From Ginglymostoma cirratum (taxonomy: Eukaryota), in NCBI GenBank assembly GCA_024137785.1, contig JAHRHZ010000014.1, forward strand, positions 48,801,884 to 48,865,883: a stretch of DNA of 64,000 nucleotides, given 5' to 3'. The notes beneath the pieces are model-generated. The model worked only from the letters and a program-made list of their open reading frames with translations, had not been told where the DNA came from and did not search any database. Position 1 is the first letter of the stretch. Every line of letters begins with the position of its first letter. Position numbers and translations under genes: made by a program. This document shows positions 49,638 to 62,291 of the stretch, one piece after another.

Positions 49638-49679
49638 CCTGATAACTCGGATACGTTTGTAAACCATGTAACCAATCCG
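49638..49679 (+). CDS. Putative 42-nt internal coding exon (PDNSDTFVNHVTNP) of the same unidentified host gene
   Basis: Branch-like GTAAC plus acceptor CTCCTTTCTCTTTTGTTCACAG, and donor CCG|GTACGT. Length is a multiple of 3 and only phase 0 is stop-free. CpGs retained; repeat-poor flanks. Confidence 0.65.
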
Positions 49680-51079
49680 GTACGTAATGTTTTATTTCAT
49701 GACTAATTCAGAATTAATGCAATCAGCAAAAACAAAAGTTCCGTTTGTCTCTCCAGGACTAACAGCAGTTGTTAAATAAAGAATTTCCCCCTGTGTCTAT
49801 AGGGTAAAAAGAAACCTTGCAAAATTCTGGCATTATTTTGTAAAATTGGCCTTCAGTTAAGTATTCCATTTCACTGCTTGAGAATGTTTGGCGGGAAATG
49901 ATGGAAATTGAATTCATATTTAATCGTATTTTAGATTGACCTCTTCATGGTCCTGTGTTTCTTCACTAGTGGTTGTTGGTGTATTACTAAACTGTCAGCT
50001 CCATAGCATTTAAACAACTCAAAACACATCCTAATGCCCTGGGACCCAGCTCACCACTATTTTCAGCAAATATTCCTTTGTGTTAATCAGGGCTTGTCTT
50101 GGGGAAAAAAGCTATTGTTTAGGAATTGATTAGGAGTTGTGTTTCTTCTAAAAATGGCAGATTCTAAGATCTGTTGAGGCTAATTGCTGCAAGACATTTC
50201 AGTAGATTGGCAGGTCTTTTTATATCTCTGCCTCTGACACAAACAAGTGCCAAGTTACCAAGCAGAAAAAACAGTCAATAACGTTTTTTAAAAATTAAGA
50301 TTTGATTTCATTTTTCATCTGGAGGTTGCAGACCCGGAAGAGGAGTTTCCTTGGGATGGGAGTTCCTTAATATTTCAGAGATTCAAAACACAACCATTTG
50401 ATACAATTGTTAACAAAATGCTCTCGAAGCGTTGCAGTAATTCAGTTCCGCATGTGGTTTGGTATGCCCGTATTACCTGCCTCAGTAACTCCACTTTTAG
50501 AGGTTCTTTCCTGTTGTTCTCCATCACTATTTAAAGAAAATGGCAGACACTTCATCATAGTACTTTAAAAATTCTTTCTTTTTTTGGAGGAGGGAGTCAA
50601 AAGGCCTGGGTGGCAGTGAAAATTTTAGCATTACAACCCAACTGGGATTAAGATGTTGCCTTATTTGCCAGTACTTGGGTCCTGAGGTTGTCCCAGTTCC
50701 TTATTGGCAAGATGTCCTAGTTCAAGGGTGCAATTAATCTGAGATTAAATGTGCATGACCGCTGAGGGTCCATGGTAATATTATAGGAAGTGGAATAATC
50801 ATTTTGTGCAGCTGAAATTGCTTTCTTGAGACTGATAACACAGCAAATGGTTGAGTTAAGGTGGAGGGAGTCCTCTTGTGGACTCTTACCTGATGTAGAT
50901 GTACTTGATCCCAGCACCAGTTACTTTAAGTAGGAAATTGTTCCCTTCTATGATAGATATATTTTAGTGAGCAGGAGAATTTTGCATGGATGTAAAATTG
51001 CTCACTAAAAGTTACTAATAAACCAAAGTCGGTTTATTAAAAATATTGCATTTTAATTATACATTGCAGAACATCAACT

Positions 51080-51232
51080 AGGACATAAAACAATACAGCA
51101 CAGGAACAGGCTCTTCAGCCCACAATCTCTGTGCCGACCATGATGCCATTCTAAACTAATCCCATCTGCCTGCATGTGGTCCATATCTCTATTCACTGCC
51201 TGTTTGTGTGTCTGTCTAAATACCTCTTAAAC
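51080..51232 (-). mobile_element. CR1 3' tail
   Basis: ACAATACAGCACAGGAACAGGCTCTTCAGCCCACAATCTCTGTGCCGACCATGATGCC. Confidence 0.75.
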
Positions 51233-52384
51233 TGTTTCACTTCATTGTAGTTTTGTTCTAACAAAATAATACAGATTCAGAATTTAACAAATACGGTTCC
51301 CACCACTTACGTGCTTATGTCAGAAGTCTGCCTATATCAGCAAGCCTGAGACATCAGTTACAAAGCCGCTGCTTAAACCATGTTAGGCACACTGAATAGT
51401 TCAGACTGTTCAAGCAGCTGTTGGCAGTCTGTAATTGCATGTTATTATGTTACTCCCTGGTTGCAAGCAGGAATTTTGTTTTGAGAATTCCTCAATTGAT
51501 TTTGCTTCACAGATAAAAATGTCTCGAACTCTTACAAGAATAAAATTATTTTTAACTAACCTCCCAAGCTGTTGCTGCTGCTGCAAATCCTTCTTTTCAG
51601 CTTGTTGAGTCTGGGACCTTTCTGCTTTGTTTTAAAATTATAATGATAATACTTAGATCCTTTTTTTGAAATCTCCCTCTACTTGAAGAAGCATCTGTCT
51701 GCTGTTTTTTGTTGATTTTTCATCAGTAGCAGTTACATTTTATTTTGATGAAATTTTTGACATCCAGTGAAATAGCTCCTGATGGTGTGTTAAAAATTTT
51801 AGCATGCTTTCTCCCAACTTCTTCGTACAAACAATTTATCTTTTTAAAATTGGTGAATGCGCCTTTCAGTGCTGACTGACTGCTTGATGTGATCATTTGT
51901 CTTTGGTCATGTCCTCATCTATCCTCCATAAACATATCTTTGTCAGTTGAACAGACATCAAGAGTGGAAATCCCAGCTGATTACTTAGCCACTCCAGCCT
52001 CTTCCCCACCTCAGCCATCGTCGCCAAGGAGCAGTGAATTTTTATTTCCTTGCTTTGAAGTTCACAATCTGTTGTGGTTAGTATTCCAAAGCAATTTTAC
52101 AGGAAAACTAGAAAATAAAATGTGAATTAATCATCTCGAGGCATCTTTCAATCAGATGTGCTCTTTGCCCATCCCTCATTTTTGGCGATAACTAATTTAA
52201 AATATCATAACCGTAGTCTGCAACCATTTAAATTTACAAATACAATAATGAAAGTTGAATGAAAATGTATCATCACTAGATATTATAATTACCCAAGAAA
52301 GGAGCAAAGTGAACTGACATCAAGTTTTGGAGTCTTTTAAGAGGTTTAACTTGAGACAAACCAATTGGTACTCTGTTCACCACC

Positions 52385-52760
52385 TTTAACATTCACTCAC
52401 TCTGACACTGATGCACATGTGCGGCTGTGTGTACCATCTACAAGATGTACTGGTGCAGTTCACCAGGATCGCTCTGACATCACCTTCCAAACCCATGGCC
52501 TCTATCGTCTTGAAGGATGAGGACAGTAGTTTCACTGGACTGCCACCCCTGCAAGTTCCACTCCAAGCCACAACATTCTGACCTGGAATAATATTGCCAT
52601 TCCTTCACTACCACTGGGATAAAATCCTGGAATTCCCTTCCTAACAGCATCATACGTGTGCTTGCACCCCCATGGACTTGAGCAGTTCAAGAAGACAGCT
52701 CACTGCCACCTTCTCAAGGGCAGTTAAGGATAGATAACAAATACTGGCCAGGAGAGCGAA
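52385..52760 (+). mobile_element. 3' fragment of the LINE family at 26186-29160
   Basis: GTGTGTACCATCTACAAGATG...AAAATCCTGGAATTCCCTTCCTAACAGCAT...AAATACTGGCCAG matches the reverse complement of 26200-26560. Confidence 0.8.
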
Positions 52761-53623
52761 GGTGTGAGTGAGTAAGTGGTGAAAAGAATGGTAGGAGAGA
52801 AGTCAGCGAGAAGGAAGAAAGAATAAAGGGAGAAAAATGAACAAAATGAAATTTGAGTTTAATATTTCATTGGTTATTTGTGAATCTTTAAAACATTAAA
52901 AACTGTCAAAAGTTAAAACATTAATTTAAAAGAGAAAGAAATGAGGGAGCCTTAGTAGAAAGTTGGCATGAGACAGAAAACATATATTCCCATCAATAAA
53001 AGTTCCAGGAGGTAGATGGAAAAAAAGAGAGGAATTTTGGCCTTATTAAGCCAGACATGACTTCAGCCATAGAAAGTTTTTATTGATTTTAATGCTCAGA
53101 CAGAGACTGTCTCAGTAGAAATAATGACAAATTTTGCATTTACCATTCAGCCCAAAATAAATGAAAATTGAGAAAATGAGTATTCTAGGAGTAGTTATTG
53201 AATTGATACGATAGAGTGCAACCTCAAAAGGTAGACTAAGGATAAACTTGCACATTCCAGTTTATAGAATGGGATTTAATGAATGCTTAGAAAGGCATCG
53301 ACTAATTAATAAAAATGGTATGGACTATATAATTGTTCAAACAGCATGAATTTCAAGCTGTTCACAGTGTGTTGTGATAAACAGAGTCTAGTAAATGATC
53401 AATAGGCCCTAACTTCACAGCTATCTGGAAAAGGGTGGGGTGATGTCATCATAAGGGGAAATGAAAATTGAGCATTGATCGGCATATCTTATCTATGGTG
53501 GAAGACCAGTTGAACTTCTCAGTCATGCTTTGTCTTGTATGGGAGCATACAAAGATAGTGAAGAGAAGCTACTGATCCCCTTTACTTTTTGCAAAGTCCA
53601 CCACTTTCACCTCTCTTGTAAAG

Positions 53624-53738
53624 TCATAGAGACCTAGAGCATAGACAAAGACCCTTTAGCCTGTTGTGCCCACACTGGTCAAAAACAATCACCTAACTCT
53701 TCTAATTCCAGAATTTGGCCCATCGCTTTGAATGCCTT
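53624..53738 (-). mobile_element. CR1 3' tail (subfamily of 4140-4320 and 61090-61268)
   Basis: GTCATAGAGACCTAGAGCATAG...GGTCAAAAACAATCACCTAACTCTTCTAATTCC. Confidence 0.7.
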
Positions 53739-54009
53739 TTGTATGGGAAGGTGTGATGTTTCTGGCACCTAGGAAACAGTATACCAATAACCTGCTTTAT
53801 TGCTGTGACCACAACAAACTGAGAGATGCGACCAATGTTAAAAGAAGGTTGATACTTAAAAGATCAGCATAAAGCAACCATCACAGCCTCAGGCAATGTG
53901 ATGGTGCTCTGATGCTGGAAACAAATTATTGGCTTTGGAGGTGACAGAATTCAAATACTGAGAGAGAACCAGAATCATTTGATGCACTGCTCTGCTGCTC
54001 TTAAAAAGT

Positions 54010-54320
54010 TTGTGATACTATCACTAGACTATTAATCCGAGACCCTGGTAATGGTCTTGGGGCTCAGGTTCAAATTCTGCCATGACAGATAGTGGAATTC
54101 CTGGAATGAGGAGTGTAATGATGTCCATGAAACTCATTGTCGATTTTGAAAAGCCCTTCTGTTTCACTAATGTCTTTCAGGAAAGGAAACTGCCATTCTT
54201 ACCTGGTCTGTTCTACATGTGACTCTAACCACAGGAATATCATTGGCACTTAGCTGCTTTCTAAGCAATTAGGGATGGGCAATAAATGCTGTTCTGGCTA
54301 ATAATGCCCACAACTCTTTG
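54010..54320 (+). mobile_element. tRNA-SINE (18535 family)
   Basis: ACTAGACTATTAATCCGAGACCC...GGTTCAAATTC...GGGATGGGCAATAAATGCTG. Confidence 0.8.
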
Positions 54321-55089
54321 TAAAACAAACAAAAGTATTTTGTACAAAATACTTGAGACCGATTTCTATGTACCAAAACACCAACATCCTAAATGTACCT
54401 TCTTCGGACTGGCGATGTCACAGGCAGTTCATTGCCATCACATATTCAACAGCTAACGTATTTTCAACATGTACTTTCTATCCTTTGTACTGGATCTCAG
54501 ATCTCAATCTCAGATTAAATTTAACAATTGGCAGTGTTCATTAGAAAAGCATCCACTACAATCCCATTCAAAGAGTGGCTCCAAAACATGAGCAGCCTTA
54601 AGCAAGAGCTACCACATTCATTTGCAAGTAATTCACTACCTCAGAGATTTTAAGCTTTTCTTGTTCCTTTGTTGACCCCAATGAAACTGTTCTGTCTTTT
54701 CTGCAGGCTCTTTCCTCTTTCCTTTTCTTAGACCCTGCTTCTCTCTCCTACCTTCCCCACCCCACCATGAAACTTGCCCCTCTCCCAATTCCCCTTGAAA
54801 CCTCCCTCAGTCTTTCACTCGCCTCCCAGCCATGTGCACCATCTCTGTTTGTCTCACATGCTATCACAGCCTGCTCCCTCTCCAAGCCTCCCTGTCTGAC
54901 TTCATTACACTTGAGGTACCACGAGCTCACCTAACCCTTTGTGTCCCTTGTATCACCCACCTCCCTGGCCCATTTTTCCAAGGGCCCCTTTTATGACCCC
55001 GTTTTCCTTCTATCACCTGCAACCTTCTAACTGCAAAACAAAACTGAATCACAGGACGATAGCATCCAAGTTCATGGGTGATAGGGAAG

Positions 55090-55700
55090 ACAAATGCAAT
55101 GTGAGCCTTCATTTTAAAGTGATTGGAATATGAAAGTAGGGAGGATTTGCTAAGACTATACAATGCAGAAGTCACACCGCAGCTGGAATATTGTGAGCAA
55201 TTTGGACCCCTTATCTAAAAGAAGATATGTTACATTGGAGACATTCCAGAAGAGGCTAAGAAGGCTGATGTGGGCCTTATGAGAAGAGAATGAGTAAGTT
55301 GGACTTTTACTCATTGGAATTTATAAGAATAAGAGGATCCTTAGTGAAATGCCCAAGATCTTGTACTTGGCAGGGTAGATGTGGAGAGATTATTTCCCCT
55401 TCTGGAAAAGCCTGGGACCAAGGGGCATAACCTTAGTATAAGGGGTTACACATTTAAGGCAGACATTAGAAGGTGTTTCTTCTCTCCGAGAGTACTCTGT
55501 GGAATCCTGTACTGCAGAGGACAGCAGAGGTACGGTCATTAAGTGTATTCGAGCATGAGTTTAGTCGATATTTAGTAAGTTGGGAATCAATGTTTATAGG
55601 GCAAAGATAAGAACACGGAGCTGAGGGTTATCAGATCAGCCATGATCTCATTGATTAATGGAGCAGACTTAATGGGCTGAATGCCTGCTTCTGCTCATAG
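55090..55700 (+). mobile_element. CR1 3' fragment
   Basis: CCGCAGCTGGAATATTGTGAGCAATTTTGG (PQLEYCEQFW) through tail ATCAGCCATGATCTCATTG. Confidence 0.8.
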
Positions 55701-55708
55701 ATAGAATT

Positions 55709-56029
55709 ATCATAGAATCCCTACAGTGTGGAAACAGGCCCTTCGGCCCAATAAGTCCACACCCACCCACAGAGCATCCCACCCAGACCCAACCCCCTAT
55801 AACCCACCTAATCTACACATCCCTGAACACTACGGGCAATTTAACACGGCCAATCCACCTAACCTGCACATCTTTGGACTGTGGGAGGAAACCGGAGCAC
55901 CCGGAGGAAACCCATACAGACACGGAGATAATGTGCAAACTCCACACAGTCGCCCGAGGGTGGAATCGAAACCCGGGTCCCTGGTGCTGTGAGGCAGCAG
56001 TGCTGACCACTGAGCCACTGTGCCACTCC
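55709..56029 (-). mobile_element. HE1-like V-SINE, full length
   Basis: Closely similar to 37893-38215 in A box, V-domain and CR1-type tail. Confidence 0.92.
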
Positions 56030-56664
56030 AAGTGTTCCTTCATCTTATACTCTTCTAATATCAACAGACTCGCTGGAAGGCAGGTTTCCTGCCCCCAGTT
56101 GTCCTGTTGTCATATTACAGCCTGACCTGAGTTTCTGCTGCATATATCTGTGATTCATTGAATTCCCTTGGTTATCACTTTCATCCACACACAAAAACTG
56201 ACTTCCTATGCCCTTAATGCTGGGCTAATAATTGTCACAAGTTGCTTGCGAATCTCTTGGCAATGGTTGTTGATTTTCCTGGACATTACCCGAGCTCAGT
56301 CTGGCAGCTTACCTTCCTTATGGAGGAGGAATTGGCCACATGCAAGTTGAAAGAAGACTTTGAACTCAGTGGCACCTTTACGTCCCTGCAAATTGCTACC
56401 TACTCAGCCCAGAAATTTCACTCAGCAACTTCTCAGAATCCAGCCCTCCCCATGACGTCAAACTGGGCTGGAGCAAAGCATCTTACAGATGGGTGCATGG
56501 AGCTCCTCACATGCTCAGTTTATTTGGATATTAGCTAACATTCAAGCAGGATTAAGACCACCTCCTCCCCACTGCCCCCCCACAACCCCTACCCCTATTG
56601 TCCCCACTCCCGCCATTCCCACTTTCTCAACCAGCTCAAAACCAAACAAGAAAATGATTCAATA

Positions 56665-56950
56665 ATTCAAGGAGCTAGGGTGGAAGCTGAGAGCTAGAAC
56701 AAACAGAGCTGTTATCTCTGGTTTGTTACCCGTGCCACGTGCTAGCGAGGCGAGGAATAGGGAGAGAGAGCAGTTGAACATGTGGCTACAGGGATGGTGC
56801 AGGAGGGAGGGATTCAGATACCTGGATAATTGGAGCTCATTCTGGGATAGGTGGGACCTCTACAAACGGGATGGTCTGCACCTCAACCAGAGGGGTGCCA
56901 ATATCCTGGGGGGGAAATTTGCTAATGCGCTTCGGGAGGGTTTAAACTAA
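56665..56950 (+). pseudogene. CR1 ORF1 C-terminal SGNH-esterase domain fragment
   Basis: LLPVPRAS...LNMWLQGWCRREGFRYLDNW..FWDRWDLYKRDGLHLN..GANILG, containing the DGLH block. Confidence 0.85.
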
Positions 56951-57015
56951 TTCAGCTGGGGGATGGGAATCCGACTTGTAGCTCCGGTGTGCAGGAAGTT
57001 GAGAGTAATGAGGTC

Positions 57016-59820
57016 ATGAATAGGGTTTCAAGGTCGCAGGAGTGTAGCGGGAGGCAGGAAGGTTTGAAGTGTGTCTACTTCAATGCCAGGAGCATCCGGA
57101 ATAAGGTCGGTGAACTTGCAGCATGAGTTGGTACCTGGGACTTTGATGTTGTGGCCATTTCGGAGACATGGATAGAGCAGGGACAGGAATGGTTGTTGCA
57201 GGTTCCGGGGTTTAGATGTTTCAGTAAGATGAGGGAAGGTGGTAAAAGAGGGGGAGGTGTGGCATTGTTAGTCAAGGACAGTATTACGGTGGTAGAAAGG
57301 ACGTTTGATGAGGACTCGTCTACTGAGGTAGTGTGGGCTGAGGTTAGAAACAGGAAAGGAGAGGTCACCCTGTTGGGAGTTTTCTATAGGCCTCCAAATA
57401 GTTCCAGAGATGCAGAGGAAAGGATAGCAAAGATGATTCTGGATAGGCGCGAAAGGAACAGGGTAGTTGTTATGGGGGACTTTAACTTTCCAAATATTGA
57501 CTGGAAACGCTATAGTTCGAGTACTTTAGATGGATCAGTTTTTGTCCAATGTGTGCAGGAGGGTTTCCTGACACAGTATGTAGATAGGCCAACAAGAGGC
57601 AAGGCCACATTGGATTTGGTACTGGGTAATGAACCAGGCCAGGTGTTAGATTTGAAGATAGGCGAGCACTTTGCCGACAGTGACCACAATTTGGTTACGT
57701 TTACTTTAGCGATGGAACGGGATAGGTATATACCACAGGGCAACAGTTATAGCTGGGGGAAAGGCAATTATGAGGCGATTTGGCAAGACTTAGGATGCAT
57801 AAGATGGGGAAGGAAACTGCAGGGGCTGGGCACAATTGGAATGTGGAGCTTGTTCAAGGAACAGCTACTGCGTGTCCTTGATAAATATGTATCTGTCAGG
57901 CAGGGAGGAAGTGGTCGAGCGAGGGAACCGTGGTTTACTAAAGAAGTTGAATCTCTTGTCAAGAGGAAGAAGGAGGCTTATGTAAAGATGAGGCGCAAAG
58001 GCTCAGTTAGGGTGCTTGAGAGTTACAAGTTAGCCAGGAACGACCTAAAGACAGAGCTAAGAAGAGCCAGGAGGGGACATGAGAAGTCTTTGGCAGGTAG
58101 GATCAAGGAAAACCCTAAAGCTTTCTATAGGTATGTCAGGAATAAAAGAATGACCAGAGTCGGATTAGAGCCAGTCAAGGACAGTAGTGGGAAGTAGTGC
58201 GTGGAGTCCAAAGAGATAGGAGAGGCACTAAATGAGTATTTTTCATCAGTATTCACACATGAAAAAGACAATGTTGTCGAGGAGAACACTGAGATACAGG
58301 CTATTAGACTAGACGGGATTGAGGTTGATAAGGAGGTGGTGTTAGCAATCCTGGAAAGTCTGAAGAGATAAGTCCCCTGGGCCGGATGGGATTTATCCTA
58401 GGATTCTCTGGGAAGCTAGGGAGGAGATTGCAGAGCCTTTGGCTTTGATCTTTTTGTCGTCATTGTCTACAGGAATAGTGCCAGAAGACTGGAGGATAGC
58501 AAATGTTGTCCCCTTGTTCAAGAAGGGGAGTAGAGACAACCTGGTAATTATAGACCAGTGAGCCTTACTTCGGTTGTGGGTAAAGTGTTGGAAAGGATTA
58601 TAAGAGACAGGATTTATAATCATTTAGAAAGGAATAATTTGATTAGGGATAGTCAATACGGTTTTGTGAAGGGTAGGTCATGCCTCACAAACAAGTTCTT
58701 TGAGAAGGTGACCAATCAGGTAGATGAGGGTAAAGTGGTTGATGTGGAGTATATGGATTTCAGTAAAGCGTTTGATAAGGTTCCCCACGGTAGGCTATTG
58801 CAGAAAATTTGGAGGCATGGGATTGAGGGTGATTTAGCGGTTTGGATCAGAAATTGGCTAGCTGGAAGAAGACAGAGGGTGGTGGTTGATGGGAAATGTT
58901 CATCCTGGAGTTCAGTTACTAGCGGTGTACCGCAAGGATCTGTTTTGGGGCCACTGCTGTTTGTCATTTTTATAAATGACCTGGATGAGGGCATAGAAGG
59001 ATGGGTTAGTAAATGTGCGGATGACACTAAAGTTGGTGGAGTTGTGGATAGTGAGGAAGGATGTTGCAGGTTACAGAGGGACATAGATAAGCTGCAGAGC
59101 TGGGCTGAGAGGTGTCAAATGGAGTTTAATGCGGAAAAATGTGAGGTGATTCACTTTGGAAGGAGTAACAGGAATACAGAGTACTGGGCTCATGGTAAGA
59201 TTCTTCATTGTGTAGACGAGCAGAGAGATCTCTGTGTCCATGTGCATAGATCCCTGAAAGTTGCCACCCAGGTTGATAGGGTTGTTAAGAAGGCGTACGG
59301 TGTGTCAGGTTTTATTGATAGAGGGATAGAGTTTCGGAGCCGTGAGGTCATGTTGCAGCTGTACAAAACTCTGGTGCGGCCGCACTTGGAGTATTGCATG
59401 CAGTCCTGGTCACCGCATTATAAGAAGGATGTGGAAGCATTGGAAAGGGTGCAAAGGAGATTTACCAGGATGTTGCCTGGTATGGAGGGAAGGTCTTATG
59501 AGGAAAGGCTGAGGGACTTGAGGCTGTTTTCATTAGAGAGAAGAAGGTTATGAGGTGACTTAATAGAGACATACAAGATAATCAGAGGATTAGACAGGGT
59601 GGACTGTGAGAGCCTTTTTCCTCGGATGGTGACGGCTGGCACGAGGGGACATAGCTTTAAATTGAGGGATGATAGATATAGGACAGATGTCAGAGGTAGG
59701 TTCTTTACACAGAGTAGTAAGGGCATGGAATGCCCTGCCTGCAGCAGTTGTAGACTCGCCACCTTTAAGGGCATTTAAATGGTCGTTGGGTAAACAATGG
59801 ATGATAGTGGAATAGTGTAG
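57016..59820 (+). pseudogene. CR1 ORF2 (APE endonuclease plus reverse transcriptase), disrupted
   Basis: YFNARSI, AISETW, GDFN, LDLVL, SDH; then [31 protein letters not shown]. Stops at 57124, 58195 and 59551 and a frameshift near 58365. Confidence 0.95.
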
Positions 59821-60099
59821 GTTAGATGGGCTTCAGATTGGTTTCACAGGTCGGCACAACATTGAGGGCCGAAGGGCCTGTACTGCGCTGTTATGTTCTA
59901 TGATTGGCCATGTGTACATGTATCGCTTTGTAATGTTGCACAAAATGCCCCTTACAGCCCTAATATTGTATCTGTTGCTGATGAAGATTCTTCAGTGCTC
60001 AACCTGTCCTCTATCTTGTAAGATACCAGCACCAGTCAATGTGAGGATGGGGGAAAATCCAGAATTCCACTAAATGTGGAAGGACTACAGAGCATCAAG

Positions 60100-60630
60100 A
60101 ACTGAATGCAGTTTTGGTTTCCTTATCTGAGGGAGGATGTTCTGGCTTTGGAGACACTGCAACAAAGGTTTATCAGACTGATTCGTGGGACGGTAGGATG
60201 GTTGTACAAAGAAAGACTCCATTCGCTTGGACTGTATTCATTGGGGTTCAGAAGAATGGAGGTTGAGATCTCATAGGAATGTTAAAAAGTCTTAACAGGA
60301 CTAGACAGGGTACATGCCGGAAGGATATTCCTGATGACTAGAAAGTTCAGAACAAGGGCTCACAGTCTAACATTACAGGCTAGGCCATTTAAGACTGAGA
60401 TGAGGAGAAATCCCTTCTCCCAGAGGATTCACTGCTGTAGAAAGTAGCTGGAGTTAAAACATTGAATGTTTTCAAGAAGGAGTTTGATCTAGTTCTTAGG
60501 GCAAAACAGATCAAAGGGTATGGAGAAAGTGAGAAGAGGGAACTGAGTTGGATGATCAGCCATGATCATATTGAATGATGGAGCAGGCTTGAAGGGCTGA
60601 ATAGCCCACTCCTGCTGTTTTCTATGTTTG
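60100..60630 (+). mobile_element. CR1 3' fragment
   Basis: TGCAGTTTTGGTTTCCTTATCTGAGGGAGGATG through tail GATCAGCCATGATCATATTGAATGATGGAGCAGGC. Confidence 0.8.
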
Positions 60631-61089
60631 AATGAGTAGGATTATGGCGTTGAGTTCACTGTGTGACTGTAAAAGGGCTTTGAGATATCACTTCAGCAGA
60701 ATTAAGATATATTTTGATAATACCTATGTTAACATAGCGAACAATGGAATGATTCACATTCAGTGTTAAATGTTTGGCTGCATATATCAGAAATAATTAC
60801 TTTCAGACTTTAATTCTCAATGTTTAATAATGGTGCACAACCTCTGAGAAACAAAGCAGCTTTTGTTTCACTTTGCAGTATAATGTAGTAATCTATGGAG
60901 TTTGGCTTGTGTTGTTTCTGTAATTAGTTGGGAAATCTGCTGTAAGATTATAGTACATGAATCATTTATTCAGAAAGTAACTTGTCATTTAAAATAATAC
61001 GGTTAAATTAAATGGATTTATTCCTTAAACCATCATATGTTTCTTGTCAAAAGTACAATTTCAGTAGCTGTTGAAAAGAACTAGACAAT

Positions 61090-61268
61090 GTAATCTTGAC
61101 ACTTCAAATATTTAAGAAATATTTAGACGTACATGTGCGATGCCATGGCATTCATGACTATGGGCCAAGCTGGAAAATGGGATTAGAATAATTAGGTGGT
61201 TGTTTTGACCAGCACAGATTTGATGGGCCAAAGGGACTTTTTCTGTGCCATAGACATCTATGACTGTA
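61090..61268 (+). mobile_element. CR1 3' tail
   Basis: AAGCTGGAAAATGGGATTAGAATAATTAGGTGG...TGTGCCATAGACATCTATGAC is similar to 4215-4320. Confidence 0.75.
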
Positions 61269-62185
61269 TAAATGACCATCAAACGAGAGTCATTATGGAT
61301 AGTGCATAGCAGTGGAGTGACAGTGAAGAAAAGGAATAAGAATGGCGTTTCCTTCAGTACTGAATCAGGGATTGACTTATAAGGTTCACAAGGGATTGTT
61401 AGCTTTCACCATGCACTTCACATCTTCTAGAAATGTGGCAGTGAATAAGAGTACTTAGCTAGGACAAGAAATTTTCTTCATATCTATTGCAACAAAATGA
61501 AAACGGAGAAGTCCTATAAACTGTGGCATTGATTCAGCACTTTTTATCTGGGCCAGTCTTGGAGATTTTATGAATGAATCCTTTGTATGCCAAAATGAAA
61601 AGATCAGTGCGTGCTGCAAAGTGCCTCATTGATGCAGTCATCTCCTGTTCACTTTGGCCATGAGGCTTGTATTTTGCAAAAGAAAGAGTTGATTCTTCTT
61701 TTTACTGTGTGTTGTGTACATGAAAGTTCTAGCCTAGCAGCAGATTGTTCACCAAGTATTGCTGAATAAATGGTAAAATCAATGTCAAGATTGTTATCAT
61801 TTTAAAAACTTTCCATTGATGCACACTTGGGGTTACTTTCAACTTTGCTACCTCAATGGTATTCTCGCAGAATGGATCACTCACCTTAGGATTACCTTCA
61901 AATCATTTCATGGCCTTGCCTCTCTTCTTCTGTAACCTACTGCAACCTCTCTAATGCTCTTTGTATCCTTGAAATATTCCTTAGCATCTGTGTCTTTGAC
62001 TAAGCTTTTGCTGGCCTTTCTTAATATGCCCTGAGGTGGTTCATGTCAAATTTCATTTGACAATGCTCCTGTGAAGCACTTTGAAATGTTTTTCTCAGTA
62101 AAAGGTGTTAAGTTATAGCCATTAAATCATCCAAATTTTTGTTCTGTTTAAATCATGGGGAATTGAGCAGTTTTCATAAACCACA

Positions 62186-62290
62186 ACAGGAACAAAAACA
62201 AAGTTGCTGGAAAAGCTGAGCAGGTCTGGCAGCAGCTGTGAAGGAGAAAACAGAGTTAATGTTTCGGGCCTGGTGACCCTTCCTCAGAAC
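62186..62290 (-). mobile_element. PLE family B short insertion
   Basis: 12-bp TSD TCATAAACC(A/G)CA at 62174-62185 and 62291-62302. Confidence 0.88.
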
Positions 62291-62291
62291 T
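62254..62291 (-). ncRNA. Minimal type I hammerhead ribozyme motif (family B)
   Basis: Minus strand: AGUU CUGAGGA A GGGUC acca GGCCC GAAA CA UU AACU, with stem I AGUU/AACU. Confidence 0.7.

Larger units (their letters stand above)
56665..59902 (+). mobile_element. 5'-truncated CR1 LINE (ORF1 C-terminus, full ORF2 region, 3' UTR)
   Basis: ORF1 end followed by APE, RT and C-terminal motifs; tail GGGCCGAAGGGCCTGTACTGCGCTGTTATGTTCTATG. Confidence 0.97.

Noticed and set aside
23814-49679. Assigning a gene symbol to the host gene
   Set aside because: The 27 residues did not match any protein I can confidently recall.
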